Source: a virus | Reading direction: 5' to 3' (one strand) | DNA: 64,000 nucleotides | Virus record (IMG/VR): IMGVR_UViG_3300042323_000705 | Coordinates: 1-64,000 of that record | Shown: positions 27,702-37,064 of the stretch, one piece after another | Layout: each line of letters begins with the position of its first letter | Position numbering within the stretch: the stretch's first letter is position 1 | The notes under the pieces: model-generated | What the model saw: only the letters and a program-made list of their open reading frames with translations | Database searches by the model: none | Told to the model about the DNA's origin: nothing | Made by a program: the position numbers and the translations under genes

Positions 27702-28681
27702 TTAAAAATATCCTCTAGATCGAAACTTTTGTTGTTTTTAGCATACTCGACTGGACGCTTGTGAAAGAAATCTGTCATGTTAGACCCTAGTGTTTCTTCT
27801 TCCATCCAAAGTGTTTGCTTTACTAATTCTTTTTCTTCTGTTGACTCTTCTAGTTTGGGAAACCCAATCTGTTCCATAGAGTCATTAATACGTCTTTTAA
27901 TATAGGCTTTTAGAATGTCCTGTGATAAGTGTTTGTTAGTGTACCCTTGTAGGATCCAGTCGATAACTTTAGCTTCAGCTTCATAAGCTGCTTGGCATTC
28001 CTCTTTAATCCTTTGTTTGAGTTCTTCGTCGAATAGCTCAGGATATTCCTCTTTCAGTTTGTTGATAAGATAGATACCAACTTGTGCATGAAGCATTTCT
28101 TCATTTCGAGTATACTGGATTTGTTGTGCTACATCTTTTAACACGTTATCAAAACGGTTAAAGTGCATCATAGTATAGAACTGACTGAAAAGAGATACGT
28201 TTTCTACGAACAGAGTGAAGAGACAGATAGCATAGACATACTGTTTCTTATCATCTTTATATTTCTTTTCAAGGTACTTTTGTAGATACTTGACACGGTT
28301 AGCTACGACATCTTTCTTTAGATTCTCTTCGAATACCGCTTCTAAACCTAGAACTGTAAGTAACTTCTCATAAGCAATGTTATGAATGACTTCTGAGTTA
28401 GCCATAACATAACCTAAGTCTTTAATAGCAGGATGGGGTAAGTGATCACCTAGCTGTGCCCAAAAGCTTTTGACAGCTACTTCAATTTGACCGATAGCAG
28501 AAAGAGTGCGTACTACTACTTCTTTTTCTTCTTCAGTTAATTGAGTTTTGAACTGAGCATAGTCGGACTTGAATGAAAATTCATTACTAGTCCAAAAGCC
28601 TGACCACATAGCATCGATGAATTGTTGTGTTTCCGGATAGTTATTAGGTTTCCGTGATACCTGTTTGTCGAATAAGCCCAT
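27698..28681 (-). CDS. nrdB: ribonucleotide reductase class I small subunit
   Basis: FW...EF, E.IH..AY, E..SLF.QF, EE..H, DFF..RP.EY; ATG28681 with SD GAGGG preferred over the track start. Confidence 0.93.
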   Translation of the reverse strand: MGLFDKQVSRKPNNYPETQQFIDAMWSGFWTSNEFSFKSDYAQFKTQLTEEEKEVVVRTLSAIGQIEVAVKSFWAQLGDHLPHPAIKDLGYVMANSEVIHNIAYEKLLTVLGLEAVFEENLKKDVVANRVKYLQKYLEKKYKDDKKQYVYAICLFTLFVENVSLFSQFYTMMHFNRFDNVLKDVAQQIQYTRNEEMLHAQVGIYLINKLKEEYPELFDEELKQRIKEECQAAYEAEAKVIDWILQGYTNKHLSQDILKAYIKRRINDSMEQIGFPKLEESTEEKELVKQTLWMEEETLGSNMTDFFHKRPVEYAKNNKSFDLEDIFK

Positions 28682-28874
28682 AGTTCCCTCGTCGTTTCTT
28701 ATTGTAAATTGTCTCTGCTTTATAGCTAAGAGGTGAACCAAGTTTCAGTACTGTTGTTACAATACGTTCTTGTTCTTTATTATGGATTTTTGTATAAACA
28801 GCAATATAGAACTGCTGCTTTACATAGGTTCTATCAAGTTCCAGCAGCTCGGCTGCTTTGTCCCACAAGCTCAT
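28644..28874 (-). CDS. hypothetical protein
   Basis: ORF track; fills the gap between neighbours. Confidence 0.5.
   Translation of the reverse strand: MSLWDKAAELLELDRTYVKQQFYIAVYTKIHNKEQERIVTTVLKLGSPLSYKAETIYNKKRRGNYGLIRQTGITET
28713..28735 (-). promoter_or_regulatory. putative phage RNAP promoter (upstream of nrdB)
   Basis: CACCTCTTAGCTATAAAGCAGAG on - strand; one of five near-identical 23-mers. Confidence 0.75.
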
Positions 28875-29172
28875 TTGCGATATCCTTTACAATAAGTGGG
28901 TAATCTTCTTCAGCAAGTAGTAGCGTTCCAGCAGCTAAATTTTCCTTATCTATCAACTGTTTATGCCTATGCTCTATAGTGTCATAGTTTGCTAACAGCT
29001 CTTTTGCCATCGTGTCGAACTTAGCATCAGTGATAAGACTCTCGTCTAGTATGTAGTATGCGTAGGCCGTGATCAGATACCACGGCACAAGCATGTTAGG
29101 GTTAGTCTTTGTTACCTTGAAGTTTTTTATACTTAGCAAGGATTTCTTCGATCGCAATCGGTTTGTAGTCAT
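28834..29172 (-). CDS. stand-alone NAD-ligase subdomain Ia (Nlig-Ia)-like protein; start uncertain
   Basis: AYAYY..DESLITD..FD...KEL resembles the LigA domain Ia motif YY..D.P..SD..YD.L..EL. Confidence 0.65.
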   Translation of the reverse strand: MTTNRLRSKKSLLSIKNFKVTKTNPNMLVPWYLITAYAYYILDESLITDAKFDTMAKELLANYDTIEHRHKQLIDKENLAAGTLLLAEEDYPLIVKDIANELVGQSSRAAGT

Positions 29173-29638
29173 TCTGTTCTACACAAGCGTTAAAGTAAGG
29201 ACCTGGAGGGCTATCGTTATTATGGATATGCCCGTGAACATTAACACCACCAGCTACAACAATACGCTCATGGATGCTAGCTTCATGAATAGGGACATGA
29301 GTCAGTAGAAGGTTCCATTCAGTAAAGACTCGCCACATAGAAACTTTTTTAAACCATCCACCTTTTGACAAGAATGGAATATCATCATGGTTTCCTACGA
29401 TCAACCGTTTAGATCCATGTAGCTTACTTAGTAGACTACCTAGCTCTTCATAGCAGTTCTTACCCATACCAACATCACCAAGATGATAGACCTTATCACC
29501 GGGCTTTACTACAGAGTTCCAGTTATCAATAAGGCACTCATTCATTAACTCTGCATTAGCAAAAGGACGACCACAGTACTGGATAATATTGTCGTGAAAG
29601 AAGTGAGTGTCAGAAGTAACCCAGATATCATGCGCCAT
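29102..29638 (-). CDS. calcineurin-like metallophosphoesterase
   Basis: SDTH, LGD, GNHD, THVP, HGHIH motifs. Confidence 0.9.
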   Translation of the reverse strand: MAHDIWVTSDTHFFHDNIIQYCGRPFANAELMNECLIDNWNSVVKPGDKVYHLGDVGMGKNCYEELGSLLSKLHGSKRLIVGNHDDIPFLSKGGWFKKVSMWRVFTEWNLLLTHVPIHEASIHERIVVAGGVNVHGHIHNNDSPPGPYFNACVEQNDYKPIAIEEILAKYKKLQGNKD

Positions 29639-29951
29639 TCTTAGGACTCCATAACTTTGCAAACTTCAGTACGTTAGGATATTCCGCACGAGGGCAAACT
29701 ACTGCACAAGCCTTACGTGCTTCTAGTGTACGGTTCTCATGTGCTAAGTATACATCAGGTAACTCCGCAATTTTATCAAATTCTTTTTGATTTACACGAA
29801 CTACACACTTTTTGAAACTGTTATCAATCCAATCTTCATAGTCTTTCTTAAATTCAAAAGTTAGATGAGCACCAAGAACAGCATGAGCTACAAGAGTGGG
29901 GACCATGTAGTCAGGGAATTCATCTAGTACTGCGATGTATAACTTAGTCAT
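29628..29951 (-). CDS. peptidyl-tRNA hydrolase 2-like protein
   Basis: LYI.V......VAHA...W.....K.VV.V...E...V.PR layout of the PTH2 fold. Confidence 0.55.
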   Translation of the reverse strand: MTKLYIAVLDEFPDYMVPTLVAHAVLGAHLTFEFKKDYEDWIDNSFKKCVVRVNQKEFDKIAELPDVYLAHENRTLEARKACAVVCPRAEYPNVLKFAKLWSPKNGA

Positions 29952-30237
29952 GACTCATCCCATTACCCATTGAAATCTTACGATACTTTTCAATCTTTAC
30001 AAACTTCATATCAAGTAGATCTGCGTTAGGGTCATACTCAAAACGAGGATCTTCACCTTCAACAAGAATAGCACAAGCGCAGACATCGTTCCACTCTTTA
30101 ATAAGAGCTTCATAGTTTTTCTCAAGAGTGTTAGGATGAACTTCATCCATACCAAACTGAGCGCACTTGATAGCTACTTGAGCTAGCTCTGCTGCTTCTT
30201 CTGCTAGCTTTAGAAGGTAGTATTGCTGCTTATTCAT
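29944..30237 (-). CDS. MazG-like NTP pyrophosphohydrolase
   Basis: LAEE.AEL...K...E..DV motif. Confidence 0.7.
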   Translation of the reverse strand: MNKQQYYLLKLAEEAAELAQVAIKCAQFGMDEVHPNTLEKNYEALIKEWNDVCACAILVEGEDPRFEYDPNADLLDMKFVKIEKYRKISMGNGMSHD

Positions 30238-30388
30238 TTTTGCATTCCACTTTTGTGTCTAGTGTTGGGGGTAACTGATACTGTTCAACTATTAACTTTT
30301 CACCACAAGTTTCGCAGACATAAACTTTTCTTAAGGTATTAATCAGAATGTCATGGAATTTCCATTTGCAAGCTTTTACCTTTATCAT
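30230..30388 (-). CDS. small Zn-ribbon protein (52 aa)
   Basis: Read by eye; C..H...CETCG; coupled on both sides. Confidence 0.55.
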   Translation of the reverse strand: MIKVKACKWKFHDILINTLRKVYVCETCGEKLIVEQYQLPPTLDTKVECKNE

Positions 30389-30834
30389 TACAAAGCTTTC
30401 TTGTAAGTGAACTCGATAGCCTCATAACCAAGCTTAGTATAAAGCAGACCTAAGTTACTCATCTTACTAGTATAAGTCATAACTACAAAATCTGCTTTAG
30501 CTTTTTCTTTAGCCCACGTTTCAAAGTCTTTAAGCATAGCTAGGCTCTTACGCCCTCGGTAATCAGGCTTGACATACCAACCTAACTCTGAGGCAAGTAC
30601 ATCATCAAAGTAGATTCCTTCGCTAGCAACACCAACTAGCAATCCTACTAGCTTGTTCTCTTCTTTTAAAACAGAGCAGTAGTAGTTTTTATCGTAAACG
30701 AGAGAAGCTTCTAAGATCCTTCTCAGCTTAGCTCGGTTAAACTTTTTAGAAGTTCCATAAAGAGTATTGAACTCAGCAGCTAAATCTAAAGTAGCCTCAA
30801 TATCAAACACTTGTAATTTTTCTAGCTGAGTCAC
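30388..30834 (-). CDS. GNAT acetyltransferase
   Basis: WYV.P.YRG, LY.KLGY motifs; GTG start. Confidence 0.8.
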   Translation of the reverse strand: MTQLEKLQVFDIEATLDLAAEFNTLYGTSKKFNRAKLRRILEASLVYDKNYYCSVLKEENKLVGLLVGVASEGIYFDDVLASELGWYVKPDYRGRKSLAMLKDFETWAKEKAKADFVVMTYTSKMSNLGLLYTKLGYEAIEFTYKKAL

Positions 30835-30835
30835 T

Positions 30836-32545
30836 TTATGCTACCTCTGTTGTAATTATTTCAAAGTCGTCCTCATCTTTTTTCTCAACTTCTTCAAGGC
30901 GACCTGTAGCTGAGTTGAATCGATACGCACCTGCAGGACCTGTATTTCCGGTTTTCCGGTCTTTGAGAAGGTAGATTTGACTACGATTTCGAACCAGCTC
31001 ATTTTCTGCAAGCTTGTTCCTTGAAATCGCAATAGTCTGAAAGGAGATTTGCTTAAGTGATCCAGAGCCTTTAAGGTCATCTTCACTAATTGGAGCACCT
31101 GACTCAAATGAGTCTTCCCCCGACTTAACTTTTCTAAGATGCGATACAACTCCGACCCAAATGTTGTGGCGTTTAACGATCTTAAGTAGATCGGACATGA
31201 ATCGATCGATTGCAGCGTTAACATTGCCATCTTCTGTCTCCGATACTGCGATAGTAATATGGTCTAGATAAATATAACGGCAACCATTTAAAGCCATGTA
31301 TTCAATCTTGTCTATCAACCCGTTATCGCTAACAGAGCCTTGATGATCAAGAAGAATAACACGGTTAGGTAGACCTACAGTAGATTCCCAAGCTTTACGC
31401 TCTTCTTCTTCTGTGATCTCTACTCCTGGAAGTCCTAAACGTTTGTTCAGATACAAACCCATGATACCACCAACAGTTTCGCCTACATCTTCTTCAAGGA
31501 AGATACAACCGATTTTTTCTTCAGTTGTTTTTAGAAGATGAAAGATATCTTCTCGAAGCATAGTAGACTTACCGATTGAAGTACCAGCAGCAATCATAGT
31601 AATAGTGCTTAGTGCACGACCATGAGTCAACTCATTTAGTCGATTAAGGAAAGGAGGCCAAGGAACAAACTCTAGGTTTTTAAACTCGTTGTAACGTTCC
31701 CAAGTCTCTTCACCAGCAATAATACCAGAAGGACTGTAGGGTTTAGCATCCCAGATGTAAGCCCAAGCTTTCTTAGTGCCTTCCTCTGATCCATACTTCT
31801 TTAGTGTGTCACAAGCATCTTTTTCATTAGCCTTGACAATCTTTACTTTGTCAGCTCCAAGAATCTTTGCAGCTTCTTTAGATGCTTTTTGACCTTGTTC
31901 ATCTGCATCAAACCAGATAACAATCTCGTTGAACTTTCGAAGTACGTCACGATTCTTTAGAAGATAATTAGTTTGATTAACTCCTCCCATAGAACAAACA
32001 GGATAGATGCTACCATACTTAAGTAGACTAGTCTGTGCAACCGCGAGTGCATCCTCTTCTCCCTCAGTGATAACAATACGCTTACCGCCATTCATGAAGT
32101 GCTCAATGCCGAAAAGGTTTTTAGCTTCTCCGATAGCGTAAGTGTCTGATTTATCTTTAGGATTTTTAGTTTTGTATCCAGCAGTAACCGTACCTGTAGA
32201 ATCAGGGAAAGGAAAGTAATAACGGTCTACGTCTCCTTTCTCATCATAAGAAGCCTTAACATTAAAAAATTCGGATACTGCTTTAGTAATAAGTCTCTCA
32301 GAAAATCCCCTAGAAGGTAACACCATCACATCTTCAAGGGCAATCTCTTTTTTGTAGTGACTTCTTCGGTAGTTGTCTGTTTTATAGACGATCTCTCCTT
32401 TATCGTGTTTCTTTGCATACTCTTTGTTGTAGTCATAAGAGGCTTTACAAGAGAAGCAGTGAGCTGGACCTTCCTCATAAATTTGAGCAGCATCACTAGA
32501 AGCACAACGAAGGCAAGGTTGGTTACGATGTAATACTTTTCCCAT
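30836..32545 (-). CDS. T7 gp4-like primase-helicase
   Basis: CxxC..CxxC Zn finger, TOPRIM ITEGEEDA/FDAD, Walker A GKST, YLDH, HLRK, LKGSGS, K.R.TG.TG. Confidence 0.95.
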   Translation of the reverse strand: MGKVLHRNQPCLRCASSDAAQIYEEGPAHCFSCKASYDYNKEYAKKHDKGEIVYKTDNYRRSHYKKEIALEDVMVLPSRGFSERLITKAVSEFFNVKASYDEKGDVDRYYFPFPDSTGTVTAGYKTKNPKDKSDTYAIGEAKNLFGIEHFMNGGKRIVITEGEEDALAVAQTSLLKYGSIYPVCSMGGVNQTNYLLKNRDVLRKFNEIVIWFDADEQGQKASKEAAKILGADKVKIVKANEKDACDTLKKYGSEEGTKKAWAYIWDAKPYSPSGIIAGEETWERYNEFKNLEFVPWPPFLNRLNELTHGRALSTITMIAAGTSIGKSTMLREDIFHLLKTTEEKIGCIFLEEDVGETVGGIMGLYLNKRLGLPGVEITEEEERKAWESTVGLPNRVILLDHQGSVSDNGLIDKIEYMALNGCRYIYLDHITIAVSETEDGNVNAAIDRFMSDLLKIVKRHNIWVGVVSHLRKVKSGEDSFESGAPISEDDLKGSGSLKQISFQTIAISRNKLAENELVRNRSQIYLLKDRKTGNTGPAGAYRFNSATGRLEEVEKKDEDDFEIITTEVA

Positions 32546-32708
32546 CAGGTTCCCGATTAAATTCTTTTTCTTTAAAGGTTACAATAGCAATTAGAGTTCG
32601 AAGTGTCCCTACACTAATACCTAAAAGTTCCTCATTTGTACGAGGGAAACCTTCATGGTCATAGGTTTGTTTTGTTAACCAATCAACTAGTTCTTTACTT
32701 GCTTTCAT
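32523..32708 (-). CDS. hypothetical protein
   Basis: ORF track, coupled. Confidence 0.5.
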   Translation of the reverse strand: MKASKELVDWLTKQTYDHEGFPRTNEELLGISVGTLRTLIAIVTFKEKEFNREPDGKSITS

Positions 32709-32901
32709 AGTACCAACGCCTCCAATTCCAGTTAAAGGTCAACAGTCTAGTTAAATGCTTATCAAAGGTAACCTCTTTATAGTTAAAGAAAACTACAGGG
32801 TTGTACTCTAGCTCTTTGTATACAATTGCCCTTTGACGGTGAGTTTGCACGTAGCAGATAAAAAACCAAATCACTGGTAGATAAACCACATATTCAAACA
32901 T
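32695..32901 (-). CDS. small membrane protein
   Basis: N-terminal hydrophobic helix. Confidence 0.5.
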   Translation of the reverse strand: MFEYVVYLPVIWFFICYVQTHRQRAIVYKELEYNPVVFFNYKEVTFDKHLTRLLTFNWNWRRWYYESK

Positions 32902-33331
32902 ACTTGTACTTCTTCATGTAGTGTTTTAACCTCCGCTTATGACGAGCTGTTACAGGTTCTGTTACTTTCCAAGTTACTTTATCAATGAAACGATTCATGA
33001 ATTCATCGTTGTTACTTGGTGTTTCTACAAAAACCTGACTCCAAGTCTCTGCAAAGCTTAAACCTCCAACAGTATGATACTCCTCAAGTATGATAAACTC
33101 AAACTTGTCTTTACCTTTCTCTTTTATTAAGTCGTTAAGGTAGGAGCTAGAACTTGTGTAAGTCTTCCAGTTGGAAGCCTGACCTTTATTCAACTTGCCC
33201 CTACCTTTGTAGTTCTTTTTACCGATATACTTTTGGTTAGTTTCGGTATAAACTATCATGTAAACAAAGCCGATTGCACCAGCAGGATCTAGTTTTAAAC
33301 CTGTGCAATCCCAATGGCCTTGTTTAGTAAT
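32894..33331 (-). CDS. GIY-YIG endonuclease (probable ATT start at 33331)
   Basis: GFVY...KYIGKK...W..Y.SSS; the GFVY half lies upstream of the first ATG (33259). Confidence 0.75.
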   Translation of the reverse strand: MTKQGHWDCTGLKLDPAGAIGFVYMIVYTETNQKYIGKKNYKGRGKLNKGQASNWKTYTSSSSYLNDLIKEKGKDKFEFIILEEYHTVGGLSFAETWSQVFVETPSNNDEFMNRFIDKVTWKVTEPVTARHKRRLKHYMKKYKYV

Positions 33332-33346
33332 GCAACCTCGCTAAGT

Positions 33347-33541
33347 TCATAAAAATTCCTTTTTCAATTGTTCCCAGTAGTGCAACTCTGCTTGCTCAAA
33401 GTTGTAAAAAGTTTTAGAGTGGTAAAATTTATTTTTATCCCACAGTTCTACTTTATAGGTAACTGGTCGTTTTTCTGTCTTTTCTTGACGTGTAACACAA
33501 GCGTAACCTAGGTCTTTAAGCCGGAATTCCAGTACGATCAT
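33347..33541 (-). CDS. hypothetical protein
   Basis: ORF track. Confidence 0.5.
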   Translation of the reverse strand: MIVLEFRLKDLGYACVTRQEKTEKRPVTYKVELWDKNKFYHSKTFYNFEQAELHYWEQLKKEFL

Positions 33542-34259
33542 TTAGGAAACTCTCCTTGAAGGTGTCTAGAGTAAACCAATCATAATCTTTACGTTGTAAC
33601 CAAAGTAGCTTTCCGTTAGATAAGAAGTAGCTCTCCCAGTCTTTATCATAGGTAAGAAAGTAATGATCAAGAACAGCACTAGCTGCCTCTTTCACAGTGT
33701 CATACGAGTCGATGATCTTTTCTGCCTTGATAGGTCCATACTTAGGTAAGCCTGGAATCTTATCCATTGCGTCTCCCATAAGCAACTGCTTTAGGAAGAA
33801 CCGATCTGCTTGTTCTTGATCGAGAATATAGTAACGCTCTCGATTATACTTAGGATTGTAGTGCTTACCAGACAACTGATCCATGTCTTTGTCAACAGTA
33901 ACAATGACACAGTCTTCACCTAGCTGTCTACTAAGAATACCTAGCAGGTCATCTGCTTCTATGTTGTCTCCAACTACAACATTCTCTAGTGAGTACAAGT
34001 ACTCTTTTACCTTAGCAAAGTGTTCAGGACGTTCACCACGACCTTTTACTCGCATAGGAGTTTGTTTGTAGTCAGGGTACAAGTCGTCTCGGTAGTTCTT
34101 ACCGTTTAACGGACCAACAGCAATGACGCATTCATTGCAGAAGGCCCCATCAGTGTAATCTTCAATGTTGTATAGTAGTTTAGACAAGGCATCTTCATAG
34201 TTACTAGTCTCCCAGAGTGTTGCGTGAAGTAGAACATCACCATCAATTAACGCTATCAA
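33516..34259 (-). CDS. 5'-3' exonuclease (T7 gp6-like)
   Basis: LIDGD, NYR....P.YK, EADD, DKD..Q, GD..D.IPG...GP.KA motifs. Confidence 0.9.
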   Translation of the reverse strand: MIALIDGDVLLHATLWETSNYEDALSKLLYNIEDYTDGAFCNECVIAVGPLNGKNYRDDLYPDYKQTPMRVKGRGERPEHFAKVKEYLYSLENVVVGDNIEADDLLGILSRQLGEDCVIVTVDKDMDQLSGKHYNPKYNRERYYILDQEQADRFFLKQLLMGDAMDKIPGLPKYGPIKAEKIIDSYDTVKEAASAVLDHYFLTYDKDWESYFLSNGKLLWLQRKDYDWFTLDTFKESFLNDRTGIPA

Positions 34260-34650
34260 ATTCTTCCACTACCTCTAACTTGTAGTCAATATCGATTCGC
34301 TCATCGAGTTGACCAATAAGGTTTTCAATACCTTCGATTAAGTGTTTTCCTTTAGTAAAAGTCTCACCTTGCTTTACAGGCTCTAACTTACAAGTATAAA
34401 CCAAGATATCGTTATAGACAACGAACTCTTGTAAATTCTTGTGAATAGATAACAAGTTATCTGTGAGAAAATCACAAAGGTCGTAATATTTTTCTGTCGA
34501 AATAAAGTCTTCATTACGAAGAGCACAATATTGACAGAAATGGTAAAAAAGGAGTGCGTGTTCAACGCACCCCAGTTTTAGAGTTTTATCTAGTTCCTTT
34601 TCGTACTCTTCTTTAGTGTAGTACTCAGGATAGATAGCTTTACTTGACAT
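34243..34650 (-). CDS. hypothetical protein, divergent Nlig-Ia-like
   Basis: Y...QY.....DFISTE.YYDLC..L weakly parallels ORF 28834. Confidence 0.45.
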   Translation of the reverse strand: MSSKAIYPEYYTKEEYEKELDKTLKLGCVEHALLFYHFCQYCALRNEDFISTEKYYDLCDFLTDNLLSIHKNLQEFVVYNDILVYTCKLEPVKQGETFTKGKHLIEGIENLIGQLDERIDIDYKLEVVEEFDSVN

Positions 34651-34984
34651 TTGCACGGACCATAGCTGAGAGGATGTCTTTAGTGTGTTTAGTGCCTGGA
34701 AGCAGAGTGTAATGTTTTTCATTTTGCAGATCATAACGTTCTACAAAAGGAGTCGTTACATTCCAACCAAAGGAATTTTTAGGTGTTTTGTGTACAATAC
34801 CACGTGAAGGCAGCTTACCTAGTGTATAAGCAGTGCTTAGAAACTCACGGAGTAACTCAGTAGTTTCACGCTTAGTGATATCCCACTTTACAGGCTTGTC
34901 ACCACCGTAAAAGGTTAGAACACCTTTGTCGATGTTTAGACGACCATCTTGATTTCGAAATTGTGCGCGGATTACGTTAGCCAT
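34640..34984 (-). CDS. hypothetical protein
   Basis: ORF track, coupled. Confidence 0.6.
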   Translation of the reverse strand: MANVIRAQFRNQDGRLNIDKGVLTFYGGDKPVKWDITKRETTELLREFLSTAYTLGKLPSRGIVHKTPKNSFGWNVTTPFVERYDLQNEKHYTLLPGTKHTKDILSAMVRANVK

Positions 34985-35193
34985 TAGTTGATTCCTTCTA
35001 ATTTATAATAGTTGTTTTCTTGCATAGCTGCAAAGTAGGCTCTTGCAACTAGATCGTTAGGGAAGTGTTTAATTTCAACTTCATCATTGAAGCTGTTATT
35101 CCAGCCATAGGAGATCCAAGTTTCAGGTGGATCTACCTGTGCTTTACCTTTAAATAACTCATACTCTTCTCGAGTCATTCCATACTTAGACAT
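34984..35193 (-). CDS. hypothetical protein
   Basis: TAATG coupling. Confidence 0.55.
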   Translation of the reverse strand: MSKYGMTREEYELFKGKAQVDPPETWISYGWNNSFNDEVEIKHFPNDLVARAYFAAMQENNYYKLEGIN

Positions 35194-37064
35194 TAGTGTG
35201 TCTCATACCAGTTTTTACCGATAGCTGCAGAGCCATCCATAATCATTGCTCCTAGTTGTTTTGGTGCTTCTCTAAAAGCTTCAAGAGCTAGTTCTTTAGC
35301 TGCTTCAGCTTGGTCTTCTCGAACAAGAAACTGACACTCATCATGATAAACAATTAGAGGTTGCCAGTCAAACCCTCCTTCATCAAGCCTCGTTTGTAGT
35401 TGATCAATAGCAGAAGCTACAGTGATTTTTTCAAAAGACTGTAGTAGGTAGTTCAAAGCAAGTCGCTTACCTTCCATGTAGATCGGTCTACCATCTAGTG
35501 CCATGATGTAACCTTTACCAGTTTTAGAGTTAGTAGCGTCAAACATCTTCTCTAGTTTAGTAACTAACTCGTTTAAGCCTGGGATTTTTCTGAGGAATTC
35601 ATCTTTAATCTTTTGCCCAACAGAGGCATCACGACGACCTGTAACGATCAACGCTAGTTTGCCTGCACCACCTGCGAAGATCAGAGCGTAGAAGAAAGCC
35701 TTAGCTCGCTTACGTCCGTCTGGTCCCATAGGTCCAACAATAGACTCAAGAATCTTTCGGTTGAAGTCATGAATGTCACCTGTACAAATAGCTTCTGTAT
35801 AGGCAGCATTGTTTAGATAGTGGGCTAGAGCACGGTTTTGGTTACCCTTAGAGTCTGCACCAACAATGACATAGCCCGGTGGACTAGAGAACAAACTACG
35901 AATCTCAGGACCAAAAGTAGCATCTGCTGACGGAATGTTAGCAATGATACCATGTCTAGAACGTGCAGTAGGTGTACCGATAACGAAGCAGTCACCATGA
36001 ATTCGGTTATACTCAGTTAAGTTCTCTTCCATCCAAGTCTTCAAGATAGAATGCCTAGAACGAAGAGTATAGTATTGGTCAACCATCAACCCTAGCTCAC
36101 CTAGTGGCTCTAGTGAAGCAGTGGTTAACTTTGGGCTAGACTTGACCAAGTTACCCTTAGCATCTTTAACGTAGTTCCACTCGTCAGGCTCCCAACCTTG
36201 CTCATACAGCAACGCCTTAACAGACTCCATAGACCCGATATCAGGGTGAACAGCCTCTACTCTGCAGTAGTCTCCCCACACAGGACGATCGTCTTCTTGT
36301 CCTCTAACTGGATCAAACTCAAACCATCCAGCTGTTCTTGCTGCATAGTTTCCTGTCTTAACCCAAGCAGGTGACTTGAACTCAGGATCTCTGTCCATTT
36401 GAGCTAACTTTAGTTTTAGTTTAGGATTGATGTAGTCTTCAATCTTACCCATTTCTTCTTCAAGTTTTGCTTTGACTTCTTTTGCTTTTTCAATATCAAA
36501 AGGCCAACCATGAAGAATAGAACGCCCCACAAAGCGGGAAGTACCATGTTCTGCTTTTAACCCTAGTTTTAACTTTTCTTTGTTCTTTCTAGAGTTCAAC
36601 TCTTTAACGAGATAGTTATAAACCATCACGTTTAACTTTACGTCTGTTACACACCGTTCACGCATTTCAGGACTGTATTGTGACCAGTCTTCATGCTCCT
36701 TCTTTGGATAACCAAAAAACTCACCCCACTTCTCTAGACTATGACCAAATCCAAAACGTTTATAGTTAAGGACTTGGGACATGACCATAGTATCTACTAG
36801 TTTCTGATTCTGTTTGGGTTTCCAGCCTAACAGTTTTTCTAAGATCAACACATCATACATAAGGATATGGTGACCTGCTAGCATCCTACAGGAATCTAGA
36901 AAAGCAGGGAGTTCTTTAAGTGGTTTAGCGTCTTTGTCTTCGTCCGAGAAAACTGTCTGCTCACCAGTAACTAAGTCTTCAGCTACAAAAATCCAAATAG
37001 TTTCTGCCTCATGTAACAGACCATTGGTCTCGAGGTCAAATACTACTTGTTTAGTTGGTAACAT
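35193..37064 (-). CDS. family A DNA polymerase with 3'-5' exonuclease
   Basis: DLETNG, DT.V.S, HSLE.WG, motif A GADSKGNQNR, motif B R..AK.F.YA, motif C YHDE. Confidence 0.95.
   Translation of the reverse strand: MLPTKQVVFDLETNGLLHEAETIWIFVAEDLVTGEQTVFSDEDKDAKPLKELPAFLDSCRMLAGHHILMYDVLILEKLLGWKPKQNQKLVDTMVMSQVLNYKRFGFGHSLEKWGEFFGYPKKEHEDWSQYSPEMRERCVTDVKLNVMVYNYLVKELNSRKNKEKLKLGLKAEHGTSRFVGRSILHGWPFDIEKAKEVKAKLEEEMGKIEDYINPKLKLKLAQMDRDPEFKSPAWVKTGNYAARTAGWFEFDPVRGQEDDRPVWGDYCRVEAVHPDIGSMESVKALLYEQGWEPDEWNYVKDAKGNLVKSSPKLTTASLEPLGELGLMVDQYYTLRSRHSILKTWMEENLTEYNRIHGDCFVIGTPTARSRHGIIANIPSADATFGPEIRSLFSSPPGYVIVGADSKGNQNRALAHYLNNAAYTEAICTGDIHDFNRKILESIVGPMGPDGRKRAKAFFYALIFAGGAGKLALIVTGRRDASVGQKIKDEFLRKIPGLNELVTKLEKMFDATNSKTGKGYIMALDGRPIYMEGKRLALNYLLQSFEKITVASAIDQLQTRLDEGGFDWQPLIVYHDECQFLVREDQAEAAKELALEAFREAPKQLGAMIMDGSAAIGKNWYETH

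Noticed and set aside
28682-28741. N-terminal extension of nrdB from 28741
   Set aside because: It spans the promoter motif; ATG28681 has a proper SD
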